Below, piece after piece: positions 39,301 to 52,809 of a stretch of 64,000 nt of DNA. The notes below the pieces were generated by a model. The model had not been told where the DNA came from. It ran no database searches and saw only the letters and a list, made by a program, of their open reading frames with translations. Position numbers and translations under genes: made by a program. Numbering within the stretch: position 1 is the first letter of the stretch; each line of letters starts with the position of its first letter. The DNA comes from Raillietiella orientalis (Eukaryota), in contig JAYWIR010000021.1 in NCBI GenBank assembly GCA_036172245.1, positions 806,001-870,000 on the forward strand, given 5' to 3'.

Positions 39301-40402
39301 TATATGTAAAACTCATCGCAAGCTGGTAATAGGTGAACTTGATGTGCGAGAAAGGCAAGCCGAAGGTCCCCACACCCTATGTGGGGAACCAGTCCGCAAA
39401 GCACAAAAGTTCCCAAAGCATTTGGCTTGGTTTTGACCCAAACCAATCCAGGAAGATAAGAATCGGGATGCTAGTAAAAATAAATAAATAAAATAAAAAT
39501 AGGTAGATAGATTGTATTGTAGGCACTTGTGGGTTCAGTTTGCTTTGGATTGAAAGATTGGAACCCAAGCAAGTTGGAAGAGCCGTGAATACGGAGCAGA
39601 AACGGAAAGCAGTGAACACGCAGAAATAAACCTTCATTGACCCATTAAATGCATTTAATGGACATTTGTTTTCATTTGGCAAGCAATGTCTTTCCATCAT
39701 TATGAACTTTGCCACAATAATTCGGCAAAACATTAACAATTTTCGTTCTTTACTGCGTGCATGAAAAGCAGCAAAGGTGTGATTGGATTTCGGGATGAGA
39801 AGACTGACTTCACAAAAACGTTTCCCGTTGTGGAAAAAAGTAAAGTGAATCGTATGCTCGGTCAGTCGTATGCTGAAATGGAATGTTCCGATCCTCGTAA
39901 AGAATAAACAGCAGCCCTTCTAGTTGATGGCACGGACGGTTCCTAAAATGCCACTTTAGTAAACCGGAAAAAGGAAAAGACATCTCCGTAAAATGACAGC
40001 AATTTCCGATTTGCATGGTAACTACTGTTTGTGGAAATTTTTCACATTAGTAGTCTTTGGTTCTTACGTGAAAAATAGCCAAGCTGCCCCGGTGCCGCGA
40101 CGCGCAAGTCAAGTGTTTTCGAGAAGCCCCCCCAGGCATGTTGGCCGGCGCGGAACGGTTTCATCGCCCGTGCTGCCATTCAAACATCTCCATCCTTCAC
40201 TGTGAGCTCTCCGCGAGCGAATGGCATGCATCTCTGATTTAAGAGAAGAGCTGCAGAAAATGTTGCACGTAATGACCCTTGCAGTCTGAGGAAATCCGCG
40301 CTCGTTCACTTTCACTTTTATGCACATGGAGGAAGCGCGTTCACGATGGTGAAGCCGAATTGGGATTCCTTCCGAGACGACGTTTCGACCTTCTTCTTCT
40401 TT

Positions 40403-40411
<9 letters not shown>

Positions 40412-40450
<39 letters not shown>
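40412..40450. repeat. (CT)n microsatellite
   Basis: Seen directly. Confidence 0.95.
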
Positions 40451-40452
<2 letters not shown>

Positions 40453-40899
40453 TTCTTGTTCTCCGAACTACAAACGTGCATTTGGGGCACTGGGAACCGG
40501 TGGTGGGTGCAGGAAAGAAGCCTCTGTCACAAAACGAGCACCGATATAACTGCGGTATCCATCATCATCATCAGGTGCTTGGCTGCAGCTGGACCACAAC
40601 GGGCTGCTCTGTGCCCGCCACCCGAATGGGCACTGTGGGAATGCTGCCGCCGTGCCGTTCCCAATCAAATCGTCTATGCGGCAATGAATACGTGAAAAAA
40701 CTGTGCGAAAAAGACTGCTGCTGCTGCCTGTAAGAAGACGAATCGTGAGGAAACGGAAACTTTTGCTCGTTCGATGCACCCGTTCTGTTCTGAAAGTGGA
40801 AGCTAGGTGTTTGGGAACTGGTACGGAGGCTGTTCCTGCAGAAACCGATCGAAGGTGTATTAGCAAACGCCTTGTATTTTCCTCTTTGACGCCTTTCTA

Positions 40900-42700
40900 T
40901 CGGGTGGGTTGCCGTTTACGTTACCGTTGTGCGTATAGCCGTGGCAGATTTTCCCATCGGTAAACAAACTCGGATGATGACGGCGAGATGTGGCAATTTT
41001 TCACCCATCCATCCATGCCAGGTTCCCCGCGATTGTATGTGTGGAAGGGTTTTTGGTACACTCTGTTTGCATTGGGGGAATTTGGCCATCCTACGTGTGC
41101 TGGCGCCACGAGCTACGCAGGAGACCTCCAGGTAAACGGTGCCATCGCGCAATCCAAAGCAAACATCCTCGTAGTGGCGTGCAAAAAATTCGTCGGGCTG
41201 TCACGAGACGTGCATCTGCTCAGTTTCTAGAACCACCTGGAATTCTGCAATACCGACATCGATAGAACATACCGAAGAGAATCCGGAAACATCCGGAAAA
41301 GGCACCCACAGACCCCTACAGAGTTTTACCGAGGAAACAACCTTTTCTTTCATTGTGGATTTTCGCTCCGTGTATCGCTGCGATGGGGTCATCTGCCTGC
41401 AGCATTCGCCTCACCTGACCACACACACACACACACACACAGATTGAAGAAGTGATGTTTCGGAGAAAATGTCGCAGTGCTGTGAATAAAGGCTGGTTGC
41501 GTTTCACTTCAAGCAAGGTTTCATTTGATCTGCGGCAACACAAGTACCACATATGTGTTCGACACATCTGTGTAGGCGCAATTGAAATGGAAATTTTGTG
41601 TGATGAATCGCGTGAGCAGCACACTTTTTTATTTCCTTCACCCAAATTGCGAAGAAGCATTCGATGCGAGAAGGGAAAAACAAAAAAATTTCTTCGCTTT
41701 TAGAAAATGCAGCGTATAGCATAATCGAAGCCGAGGGATGGCAAAGTCGGAAAAACTAAAAACGTTGCATATGCTTGCAGTTTTCCTCGGCTTATGCAAA
41801 TGCCCTCATCAGCCCTTAAGTTAAGCAAAAGGTACGTAGCAGCGTTCTCTACACGCAATGCAGGTTCCAAGGCTCCCTCGGAAAATTAGCAAAAAGAGAA
41901 AGAGAGGAAACATTTCAAATTTCAGTACCATTTAAGTTCACGCTTCGAACGTGTACACCAAGCAGCTTCTTGATCTCCTTTGCAACGGACACCACAGTCC
42001 TACCAACTCGATCATCAAAAGAACGTCGAACTATTCCTTATAGCCTCACACTGGCTTACTACTGCTTGATGGGCCGGAATGTCTCTGATTGATGGATTCA
42101 GGTTGGCACCCCCTGTGTGTTGGTCATTTCACTGCGAGGAGGGTTCGCCTTACTCCAAGAGCGGGGAAAGCCGTCCACAATCACAGTACTGTCCGATGCC
42201 ACAAAGGCCGAGAACGAACCTGAAAAGAGCACACACACTTCACTTCCCGCCGTCATGTGTGGACTCATGTGTGAACCGATCCGGTTGAGGGACGGCAAAT
42301 GAGGTTAATGTGACCGATTCCCCACATTTCAAAAAAAAAAAAAAAACGAATAAACTCTGCGGAAAGGAGGTGGCGAAGGAATTCTAAGTCCGTTGGAGTT
42401 CCTGTAAAGCACGCTTTCAAGAAGGGTCATTTGGGGGCAAATCTGGGCAACGAAACGAAATGATTTGAATCCATTTCTCCGTGTGTTATGGTGCAGATGT
42501 TAACAAATTGTGAAACGCAATTTGGAGATGGTGGCGCATTTGATGGCGGGCAAAGAGACGCCAATGCTGTGGTGGACCGATCCTGCTGTGCCGACTTGCA
42601 GAGAAGGTTCCAAAAGGAATGCAAAGTGGGTTACACAAGAAACACGGAATCTTTCAACGTGGAATGTTTGCGTTTCATAGATTTGTTAATGTTGTGACTT
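40900..42700 (+). mobile_element. Degenerate Ty3/gypsy gag-pol relic
   Basis: LGEFGH (knuckle-like, ~41075), LQVNG (protease-like, ~41130), GFRLAPP (~42100), DANAV...LQ...KECKVGY (RH DAS...PVAY-like, ~42560-42635). Confidence 0.45.
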
Positions 42701-44999
42701 GGCAAAGGGAATGCATGAAACACGAATGGGAAAAAACACACACACACACAAAAGGAGTGCACCTTTCTACATGTAATCCAACATTACAGAAATCGAGTTA
42801 ATGCAGGGGTTTAGCCAGGCGATTCCCACTTATCCCAGTAATCTTATCGTAAAAGTAGGGGTGCAGTGTCTTTGCAGTGTGTTTTTTCCAGTTTTCCAAG
42901 AGACTTTTTGAATGGATGCTTTCGATTCCGTGTTCACTTCGTTGAGTTTATAGAGTTTGAATGGTTGATTCCGCTAATTGAAGATCTACACTCCCGGAAT
43001 GTTAAATGATAAGGAAAACAAATTAGGTACTTTGAAATAAAAACGGAATGGGAACAGCTCTCAAATCAAATCAAATAGTCAAACCGATCTAAGCGTTATT
43101 TCAAATGCCTTTATGGGAACCAACGCAAAACAGCATCGAGACAGCTCCCATTTGAGCCCTCTTTCGCACAGATAGCTGAGAAAGCAAAGGACCTATGGAA
43201 CATGACTTTGAAAAGGAATATCCCACGAATACGAACAGACGACTGAATAATAATAATAATAATAATAGTTGCATCGGTTTTGATGATGAGTCGGAAACTA
43301 CGATTTTCATGTTTTGTCCCCATCATCGCATCAAAATACCTATGTTGTCCTGTACAACTCACACATTTCACTCAAGGGTTACTGTACATAAGCAAACAAC
43401 AATTTTTCATAACGCACCATGAGCACCATGTTTCGTGAAAATTCTGCATAGGTATTTTTCCGGAGAGAGAAAGCACTCATCTAAAGAAATAAGCTGGAAA
43501 GATGTGACCAAAGAAGGTGAAAACAGCAATTGCGATTTTTTAAAGAGCGGGCCCATCGCAAAATTCTACGAAAAGCAGCGACACTAACGGCATCCCTTCA
43601 GACCCTTGAGAGTAGCAGAAAGTGTAATATTCTCCACATAATGTGAATGGCAACAGCTGCGATTGCGGTTTCACCAACATCACTGTAAAACTAAAAACAT
43701 AGATGAAAAAATAAACCATGAGCCCAGTTTTCCTGTGATGAAAAATCCATCTACGGTTTGATGAGCTTCTATAGAGTGGGTAGAATTAAAATAAGGTGGA
43801 CTCCGTGGAAATTTTTTCATGGAAACATATTGACTGCATACCTCAAATCGAAGAATATAAATCAACATGCGAACACGACTGGATTGTTTGCATAAAATTG
43901 AAACAAAAAAAATAAATAAAACGCAAAAATGGGTCTGCACTTTCGGTGAATGCTTCACTAAAAATAAATGACTGATTTTGAATCGATTAAAGAACTGAAC
44001 AAATCTGAATGAAAGATTTATTTCTTGAATACTGAGCCCTATGGTTTTAGCTAAGTGAACTATTGAACAAGAAGAATTGAATAGATCTTACAAAATCAGT
44101 TGTGGTTACATGTTGTAGAAAAAAATGATATCGTCAGAAGATCCCACTGACTTCAATTTTAAAAACAGCTGAGTTGAACTGAAGGATATTTTGTGGTACG
44201 TGAATCGAAATACACGTCGATTAAATAATTTCTTGCTCTTGATTGAACAGTTTGGTATTCGTTATGAAAGAATTGTTTTAATGTTTCATGGGAAAGCTCA
44301 GGATTGTAAAGTGAAGGGGTGCTGCATTTGAAAAACCCACTTGAAAGAAAAAGTTTCTTTCAAAGTTGATCAACGATGGAAGCGACATGGAAATGATATG
44401 GAAGACTGAACGGGAAATTTAATTGCATGGTTCTGATGTAGGTAACACTGAAAAGGGTGGTACTGTATTTTTTTGTGTGAGTAATGTTGCGTATGTCTAG
44501 AAAATGTCTATCATTTAAAAGAATGTTTACTTTGCGATTGTTTTCCAATAGCATTTGCTCATAAGGTGCTTGTAATTAGTTTGATTCGAATCAAAGCAGT
44601 GCTAACCGTGGTATCCAGGAAACCTTTCATCCTGGTAAGAAATTTGCTTTCACTTTATGGTAATAAATCTCATGTGATTTTGTTTCTGAACGCGGTAATT
44701 ATTACGGAGGCCCTAAATTTGCATGTACTGTTGCAAATGTTTGTTATTTGCCTTTTGTTGGGTGATAAGCAGTTTTATAAGATAACACAATGTCACTTGA
44801 ATTATCACGATCACTATTTATGTCAATTCACGTAAGGTAACAAAATACGTGTGTTTCTCCAAAAAAAAAAAAAAAAAATGTGATCCAGGTTATGTGGATG
44901 TAATGTTTGTGTGTAGTGAACGACACATACTGCTGGCGCTGGATTTCAAACAAATATTTAACGACCGTTCTCACCTTTTGTAAACCGTGAAGTTCTCTC

Positions 45000-45800
45000 A
45001 ATAAAGATGTGAGTTGCATATAGCATTGATTAGTGATGGCATCCTTGTGTTTCCATTCAGTTCAAAAGCTTAGGTTATCTAGGTATTTTGGTCTCTGAAA
45101 GTACATAATGCCCAGTTTCACTTGATTATGTAACACTTTTGTGGGTACTGAGGCAGAAGGTAGTTGGAGTATGAAGGGAGTATTTGTTGCTGTTACTTGG
45201 GCCTTGGAAATATTCATTGCGGTGTGTCAGAAATTCAAAGTGTCAAATTATTCATCACAAGATTCTGCTGGGCTCTGTTCTGGAAGTATTTCTTAAAAAT
45301 GAGCATTTCACAAATGTTGAACAACATTATCATCAAGTATTATTGCCAGTAAACCACTTGATTTACTTTCCTGCCACAAAGATGTTCTTCTGCAGTTCAA
45401 AGAATTATGTGGAACAATTAGCCATTCATGATTGACATCAATGAATGGATACCATGATTAGGCACCATACATTCATCATACAGAGAACTGTAAAGAAACT
45501 CACAAGATTCCACTGTTTTCATGAATTCATACTTGTATTCTTTCAGGGATTCACACTGACTGTAATCAGCATCATATGAAAGTGCATTTGTGAGTGTAGG
45601 CTTGTATTCAGTACCATAATAATATTGTTCAGGTTGTGTACCCAAATTAGCTTTCTGTTCCAATGAAACACGGGTTGTGATGAAAGCCTGCATGCTTGAA
45701 TGATCAATTTAATTTGTCAGTTGGCAGTCTTGTAACCAGTTTTACTGATGTGAATTGAAATAGCAAATGTAAAATGGGGAAATAATAAGGATGGTGATGA
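45000..45800 (+). mobile_element. LTR-retrotransposon integrase relic
   Basis: QFKELCG (~45395), TSMNG (~45440), ILSGIHT (VLLGIRT-like, ~45540). Confidence 0.4.
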
Positions 45801-45881
45801 CAGGTATCCTGATAAGACTTTTATTGGAAACATTTTCATAGCCACAATGCAGTTTTACCACTCGTGGAATGAAATGAAGCG

Positions 45882-45912
<31 letters not shown>

Positions 45913-46049
45913 TTATTTTTTATCACATGAAATAATTTTTGTGGTCGGACGTTTTCAATTATTTTCATCATGCAGCTTTGTTTCAGTGTATGCATTAGTC
46001 GAACAACTGCATAAACCTTGGCGACGTGAAAATGTACGCTTTCTCGATT

Positions 46050-47600
46050 TGTGGGTCACTGCAAGGAAAACATCGCGGGAAATGACATCCTATTGACACG
46101 GTGTAGTCGGTTTGCCGTGGGGGCGGAGTGTCGGTTGTTCCGGCGGTGTTGTGGTCCTTCGCATCCTCTCCGCAGCTCAAATAAGATCTGTAGTGAAGAT
46201 GCAGGAAGAGCCGTGGCGGCGCGCGTGCAGTGCCGCGTGCGGAAGCATTTCATTTGCCTATTCGCGTACCAACTTTGATGTGGACGTTCCCAAAGTTCAT
46301 AGGCACGGCTCCCGTGGTATTCCTTATTGATTTTCGTGCCCTGCGAGATTCCTGGGCCACTCTTATCGGTTTCGCAGATGGTCATCCTGTCGGCTGCTGC
46401 TGCACCGTCCCGAGTGCGTGCGAATGCACGGTTCCACCCCATTTCGTCGGCCCCCGGCTGGCTCCCCGCCCCCCCCCCCCCACGTGAAGCTGCACGGGGG
46501 GGGGGGGGGAATCAATCCGTAGCGCCCAAGTCCTTGATCGATAGGAGCAATCCGATCTCCCTCGCGAGTTGTTTCCCCGTCCTCGCGTGCTTCCTCGGGA
46601 AACATCCCCCCCCCCCCAACCTCCCCTCCCCTCCGGGTCCGCCCTGACCCACGGCCGCCCGTCGAAGGATTCTGCGTGCAGGTCCTTCGGTTCACCACGC
46701 TCTCTCGGGGAGGACCTCGCGTTTCCTCCCCCGGCGGACCACTCTCAAGTCACACGCGCACGTGCGTAGGCATCCTTCGGGAAGAAAATCATATATGTAT
46801 GTATGTTTCTTTCTTTCTCCTTCTCGCAGCACCCAAAGTTGCTGTGCTCTTTCGCGTGAGTGCTTATTTTGGTGTGCTCCGTAAAAAGTTGCCGCTGCCC
46901 GAATCCATGTGTGGTGTTTTCGGGGGGGGGGAGGGAGCACTCACCGAATCGCTTCCGCCCGAGTTGCTTTGCGAGCGCGGTTCACAAATCGAAGGTACAC
47001 CACGAGTGGTGTACATTTGCGTGTACGCAGCCTGTTTGTTTTCCACCGTTGTGTGAAACGACGCAAAAAAAGTGTGTGTTTCTTCTTGGGTTTGCGTGTC
47101 GACAGAGTGCTCTCTCCCGTGGCCCGTGGGTGTGTGTGTGTGCCTTTACGGTCAGGTCGAAAGTAAATGGCCGCCGATCGAAATTGCAGGCGGAATTCGT
47201 TCCGTTTTGCGGACCCTCCCACGCCCGTGGGGGGAGGGGGGGTTAGGGTGTCTTCTCGGAGCGGGTCCGAGCGTCTATTTCTCCCCCCCCCCCCCCCCCC
47301 CCTCCAGGCGCGAGTGCATCCTCGGAGGCCAAGGCCCGCTGGGTGGATTATCACCGTTCTCATTCTCCCGTGAACATCTGGTACAGAAACTGTGTCTCTT
47401 TTGCGGTCGTACGCGGTGCCCTTCGAAAATGCATGTCGTTTACGGCTTCCGAGTGCCGTCAGTGGACGATCCCCGAGCCATTGCCTCCTTCGTGGATGGT
47501 CCTGCGCAAGTTTTCTCCTCTTTTTCTTCCCTCTGATTGAGAGTGACTCCCCCTCCCCCCCACTTTCGTTCTCTTCCGGTTTCTGTGCCCTGCCCACGGA
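46050..47600 (-). mobile_element. Ty3/gypsy integrase-region relic
   Basis: VSVPDVHGRMRTVIIHP (LSV.DG..RG.RVIIP-like, ~47370) and FRTRHCTRAATALPAS...LFELRR (YR.TPH.ATG.SPAELLFGR-like, ~46200). Confidence 0.45.
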
Positions 47601-48899
47601 TCACTGCAAGATGTGTGTTTTTCCTATCGCGGCTCCAAGGTATACACTTTTTACAAGGAATTTCCATTTTGTTGCAGCTGTTGGCAGTAGCGTGTTAATG
47701 ATGATGATGATGATGATTGCAAGCTTTATTATTCGCATGAATGCTTTGGTTTATTTCGAAATGCGCTGAAAGTGCGTCTTTTTTTTTTTTTTTTTTTTTC
47801 CCCTTGCGTTTGATGAGCGATCTGTGAACATGGCTGACCCTGTGTGGGAGGGGGGGGGGGGAAATGGGTGAATCGGAGTTTTTCTTCTTCCTTCCAGGAC
47901 GCATCTTTTTACTTTTCAGCTTCCGTTCTGCGGCGGCGTTTCGTTGCGATCCGTGGGAGCGATGAAAGCTGATCGAAAATGATGCGGGGACGGTGCGCGG
48001 GGCAGAAATCCGATTTTCGGAGCATCCCTCCCCTCCTCCCCCCCCCCTCCCGTTTCCTCCCCTTCCCTCCCCTTTCCTCCCCCCTCCTCCTCCTCCCTTC
48101 GATTCCCCGAGCGATAGGCGGAGCGTGCGAAGACGATGCGAATTCCCGGTGCGGGATGTCTTCCGGGATGCACGTGTGCTCCCCAAAGGTCCACCAAGTG
48201 GATGGGGCCGACCCGAGCCGGTCCCCTCGTGAGGCTCTTTGGATGCTGCGCGCGTTGGTGCGCGCGAGGCACGCCTCCCGGGGGTGCTGCTCCTCCCTTG
48301 CAGATCGCAGCCTGCCTTCTTCTTCTTGGCAGGAATCAAAGGCAGTGAGCGGGATGTCTATTTTTGAAAGGAAAAACTCGTGCCATGGGCTTCAGATTTG
48401 GGACAAATCTGGAACATTACTTTTCGAACGCGGGCTCCCATCTTTCCGGGTATTTGTGCATGCGTGGAAAACACGTCTTCCCCCCTTCCGTCAGTGTGTT
48501 CACCGTATAAAAATAACTGTAGTAATCAAAACCTTGAAAAGGTGTTATGAAATGTGTGTGTGTGTGTGTTTCCACATTTTTGATATGCGAGGTGCAGAGT
48601 GTGAAATCCTTTGGGATGGGAGGTGTCGTTTGCCAACCGCCAGGCCGCCTCAGGTGCACCGTCTTCTGCCAGTGTTGTGTGTGTTTCGAGTGCGGTGGTC
48701 GGCCTGTGTTTCGGCCGTGTATGTTTATTGCATCACTGTGTGAATGCCTTAGGCGCTTTAGTAAAAAAAAAACGCCCCTCTCCTGATTTCTCGCCTGTGT
48801 AGTAGTAAGTAGTATTCCGTGCACGCGTACTATTCCTTGTTCCATGTACGCAGATGTTTTAAGGGAAAATGCGTCGTAAGTACTTTATGGTTATTAGTG

Positions 48900-51550
48900 T
48901 ACAGTAACATTACCGTATAATTTCGCAGTATCGGGTTCATGACGCAAGGCCTAATCCATGGATTGTCCCTCCTTTTCCCTCCTTCCTTCGGGATACTCGG
49001 TTCGAGCCCTATTTTCCTACTGGGTCGTTTGGTACTTCTTCCTTTTCCTTCAAAGCATCCACAGTGATCACAAGTGATGCAGTGCGGCGGTTTCCAGGAA
49101 GAATCGTCAGGTGTTTTTTTTTTTTTTTTTTTTTTTTTTTCCGAGTATTCCAAAGTTCGTATGGAGAGTTTCAGAAAAGAACTTTGGTGCAGAAGTGATC
49201 TTTAATGGGTGATGCTTGAAGATGCCGAAAGCCTTTCCCTCTTTGTGCCAATTTCGTGCTTGGGGATGCAGCAGCAACAAAAATACTCGGAAAGAAATGG
49301 ATCTTTCCTCGTGGTTTTCGGGTCCTTCACTTATCTTCCTCCATTCACGGCATTTGCGTGGAGTTCCTGAAATAAGAATATCGCTCTTTCTTTGCATTCC
49401 CATTGTACTGAGTTTTGAGCACGGAAAAGATAAGGGCAAGCCCTTGTGGAATGAGTGTTCCACCCGTGCGTGTGTGTGTCTGATTCTGTGTGTACGACGG
49501 CCGTGTTCCATATGGCTCTTGTGCCGCAGTGTAGCATTTTTTGCCGCCTTTACCCACATATTCTTCACGGCTCTCGTGTGTGTGTGTGTTTTTGTTACGT
49601 GCAGGGCTGCTCGTGTTCCGGGCTTAATGTTTTGCCCGAAAAAGAAGGATTGCTCCCCGTGAAATCTCCTGTGATTCATTTCTTCTGTAAATAGCATCCG
49701 ATGCTATCGAGGAACCAACCGAACTTTGTCAGTTATTTGTCATTTTTAGTTCCTGAGGAAAGGCAGCCATTACGCTCTCCCAATAACCATTAAAGTGATT
49801 CATTATCTTAGGGTTCTCGTCCAGTGTCTGAGCAGTATTTACTATTAGTTTTTATTGCTTGGAAAGTTCTCCGAAGCAGTTCGGCAAACTGCGTCTTTCG
49901 TCGTAGTAACCGTGGCCCCAGCATGAATGAATTTCGTGCTTTCGTATCTTCAGTGTGCACGATTGGATTAAGGACGCGAACGATTTATTCTGCGCACAGC
50001 CGTTCTCCAAGAGTCGGGGATTCGTCTCGTGGGCTCTCTCCTGCGCGATGCTCCTCCGTCCGTCATCCATCCTCCCGGCTCGTGGCACGGAATCGGACTC
50101 TGCGTGGACCACACGAAACCCAGGAAAGTGGACGACACTCCGCGCGTGTAGCCACAGTGTCGGTGAGGCTAACGTAACGCCGCACGGTGCTCCCATAAGC
50201 GTCGCAATCGGCAGTGTTGCATTCGCTCCCGAAAAGCAGCTCCGTCGTGCGCACTCTCCTCGACCCATACGCAATCCCTCGGAGGTGCGGAAATGAAAAC
50301 GGCGTGAATGCTCTTTGGGGGACGCCGAAGCAAAAGGGAAAAAGAGGGACACCGCGTCGCGCAGCCCCGCAGCGCAGTCTCCCGCAAGTTGCAGCAAACT
50401 TCGAAGATCCTTCTTCGCCGAACGGCCGGCGTCCTCCACCTGTTTGCCAGGGGGCTTTGGGGACCCGGGTCCACTTCGAAGGATCAGTTCGAAAAAGGCG
50501 ATGAATGAAACGGATCGGAAAAAGTGTGTTTTGATTTCCACCGTTTCGAATTGGCAGTCTAATTAGTTGGTTTCGGGTTTCGCAAGTTTATGATCATCAC
50601 AAGGAGAGAGGGAGAGAGAGAGAGAGAGGGGGGGGGGAGGGAGGGAGGAAAAGGCGTGCGATTCCGAGAGAAAAACAAAGAATGGAGAAAGTGCGACTGA
50701 ATACCGAGAATGGCAGTTTCTTCAAGTGTTGAAATTCCCTCTTTCTTCCTCTCTCCCTCTTCCCGTTTCGCGCATCGTCGCCATCATCATCATCATCATC
50801 ATCCGTGGCTCTCTTCTGCCGCTCCGCAGATGAAGTGATGCTGCCGGACTTTGGTGCGGTGTGCGTCCGCTGCCAAAGTGAGTACGCGGTGGTGCCGCCT
50901 CGACGCCTTTTCCCATTTGTCAACTCTGTGTGTGTGTTTTCTCTTCTCTCTCTCTCTCTCTCTCTGATTTCCGTATTCACGTGCTTAACGAGTGCATCAC
51001 TCTGTGGGAAACAAAGGCGCACACACACACACACACACACACACACGAATGCTCCATACACGAAATTTCACGAAAACTTGCATATTTTTATAACGGCGCA
51101 CCTCCGTACGGTATTTTAGGACCCGGATGCTGCAGTATTCAGATTTGCAATCCGGATACTTCCAGTGTTGACATTCGTATCGCAAATAGACTTTAGACGG
51201 ATATCAGGTTTTTCAAAATAGAAAATCTATGTCTCTGCCAAGAAGAAGAAGAATCGCAAGGCCCAACACGAATTGCTACATAAGAATGGAGGGCCGCGGT
51301 CTTTTGCGATGGGAAAGGGCATTTCCGCACGGATTCCCATTCCGAACTGCGTCGGTGCAGTAAAATGGGGCTGCCCCACCCCCGAGCCGTGCCAACCCAC
51401 TGAGCAAGTGGAGCGGTACGAGTTGGTCAGGGATCGAAACCCCCCACTCCCTGGGATTGCTTTGCAAGCGGAAGCGTTCAGGACGGCAAGGGAAATTCAC
51501 AGGAAAAATCCAACCTGCTGTCGGTCCCCACGCCCCCTCGGATAGTCGCG
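48900..51550 (+). mobile_element. Degenerate Ty3/gypsy pol (RT-RNase H-integrase)
   Basis: HDARP (~48940), KAFPSL...MDLSSWF (~49230-49320), ISVAIGSV (~50200), EKEG (~50340), KNGGPRSF...PCQPTEQVERY (IN, 51273-51420), in order. Confidence 0.6.
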
Positions 51551-52685
51551 TTGGAAAAATAAATAAATAAATAAATAGCGCGCGCACTACAAACAGACCA
51601 TTCGTGCAAGCAGGCCCGTGAAGCAGGTGAATGGATGGGCCGGCAAGTTGGGGCAAATGCTACCTCTTTCGAGAATGCCCAGTATGTGTGTGTGTGTGTG
51701 TGTGTCGGGATGCCCCCCACACACACACACCCACACATCTGATGCATTCGTGTCTTCTCCGACAGGCCGTCCCCCCCCCCCCCCGCAGAAAGATTCGCTC
51801 GATCGTGTTGGGGTTCGTTCCGCGATAACGTCGTCGGCCGGGTCGGCGGCGCGGTTACGTAAAGCACCGTTTATCAATAGTCAGCAGCAGGGTGGGCAGA
51901 CCTCGAACAAGGTGCACCTTGAACGAGGAGGAGCATTTCCTTTTCTTCTCATCTTTCGCACCTCCGAGGACGGTGGGGAACTTGCTGGAGCCCCCCCCTC
52001 TTCATGCCTTCGCTCGTCTTCTCCTCCTCCCAGGATGGGTCTTTGCTCGAGGAGAAGCCGAGAGGTGGTGGTGGAGGGTGGCGCCTGCTGCATTCACGGG
52101 CCCTTCCACAGCTGCTCTCTCGAATGTGCAAATTGCAAATTTATTGATTTTTTTATTCACCCCCCCCCCCCCCCTTCAAACGACTTACTCGTTTTCGTTC
52201 ACGATTGATGCATAATTATTCAGCTGACAGGAAAAGACAGGCTGGAAAGTGTAGATGTTTTTATTGTATTCCAAGTTATGCTTTGGTCTCATAGGAATAT
52301 GTGAGCAGTCGCATCCCTCTCTACAGAGACCAAAGGTGAACAGTGCGTCAAAGTGTTTCATTTTGTAATTCATGTGTTTCGTTTATATGATTGGAAACGA
52401 AAGGGTTCAAAATTTGAGCATTTTGTGTGTGTATGTGTGTGTGTGTGCATTCACAGTTTAAAATTTCTCTTTAATCCATCAGCCTCCAAGACAATTTAAT
52501 AATTACGTAAATGTTTGCCATTATGAGAATAAGCACGAAAGATTTCTATCAGTCCGATTCTTTTTGCCAATGTAAAGTCCGAAACATAGCAGAATTAAAA
52601 TGTAAAAGGAAATGTAAGGTGTGACTTACTTTTAACATTCATCACTTCACGATTTTCCTTCCCCCTTGAGCAACATTTGTTTTAG

Positions 52686-52748
52686 TGGTGAAGAAGTTGG
52701 AAGCTATATGAAAACAGTTACGTAATTTGAGCAATTAGGATCCTGTCT
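52686..52748 (+). other. Probable non-coding 5' UTR exon of talin
   Basis: Acceptor tttgttttag (52685) and donor GTAAGT (52749). A 61-nt intron ends at cag immediately before the ATG at 52810. Confidence 0.55.
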
Positions 52749-52809
52749 GTAAGTGTGAGTGCAGCTTAAACTAATGAAGGATTGGGATTACTTTATCTGT
52801 CAAAATCAG

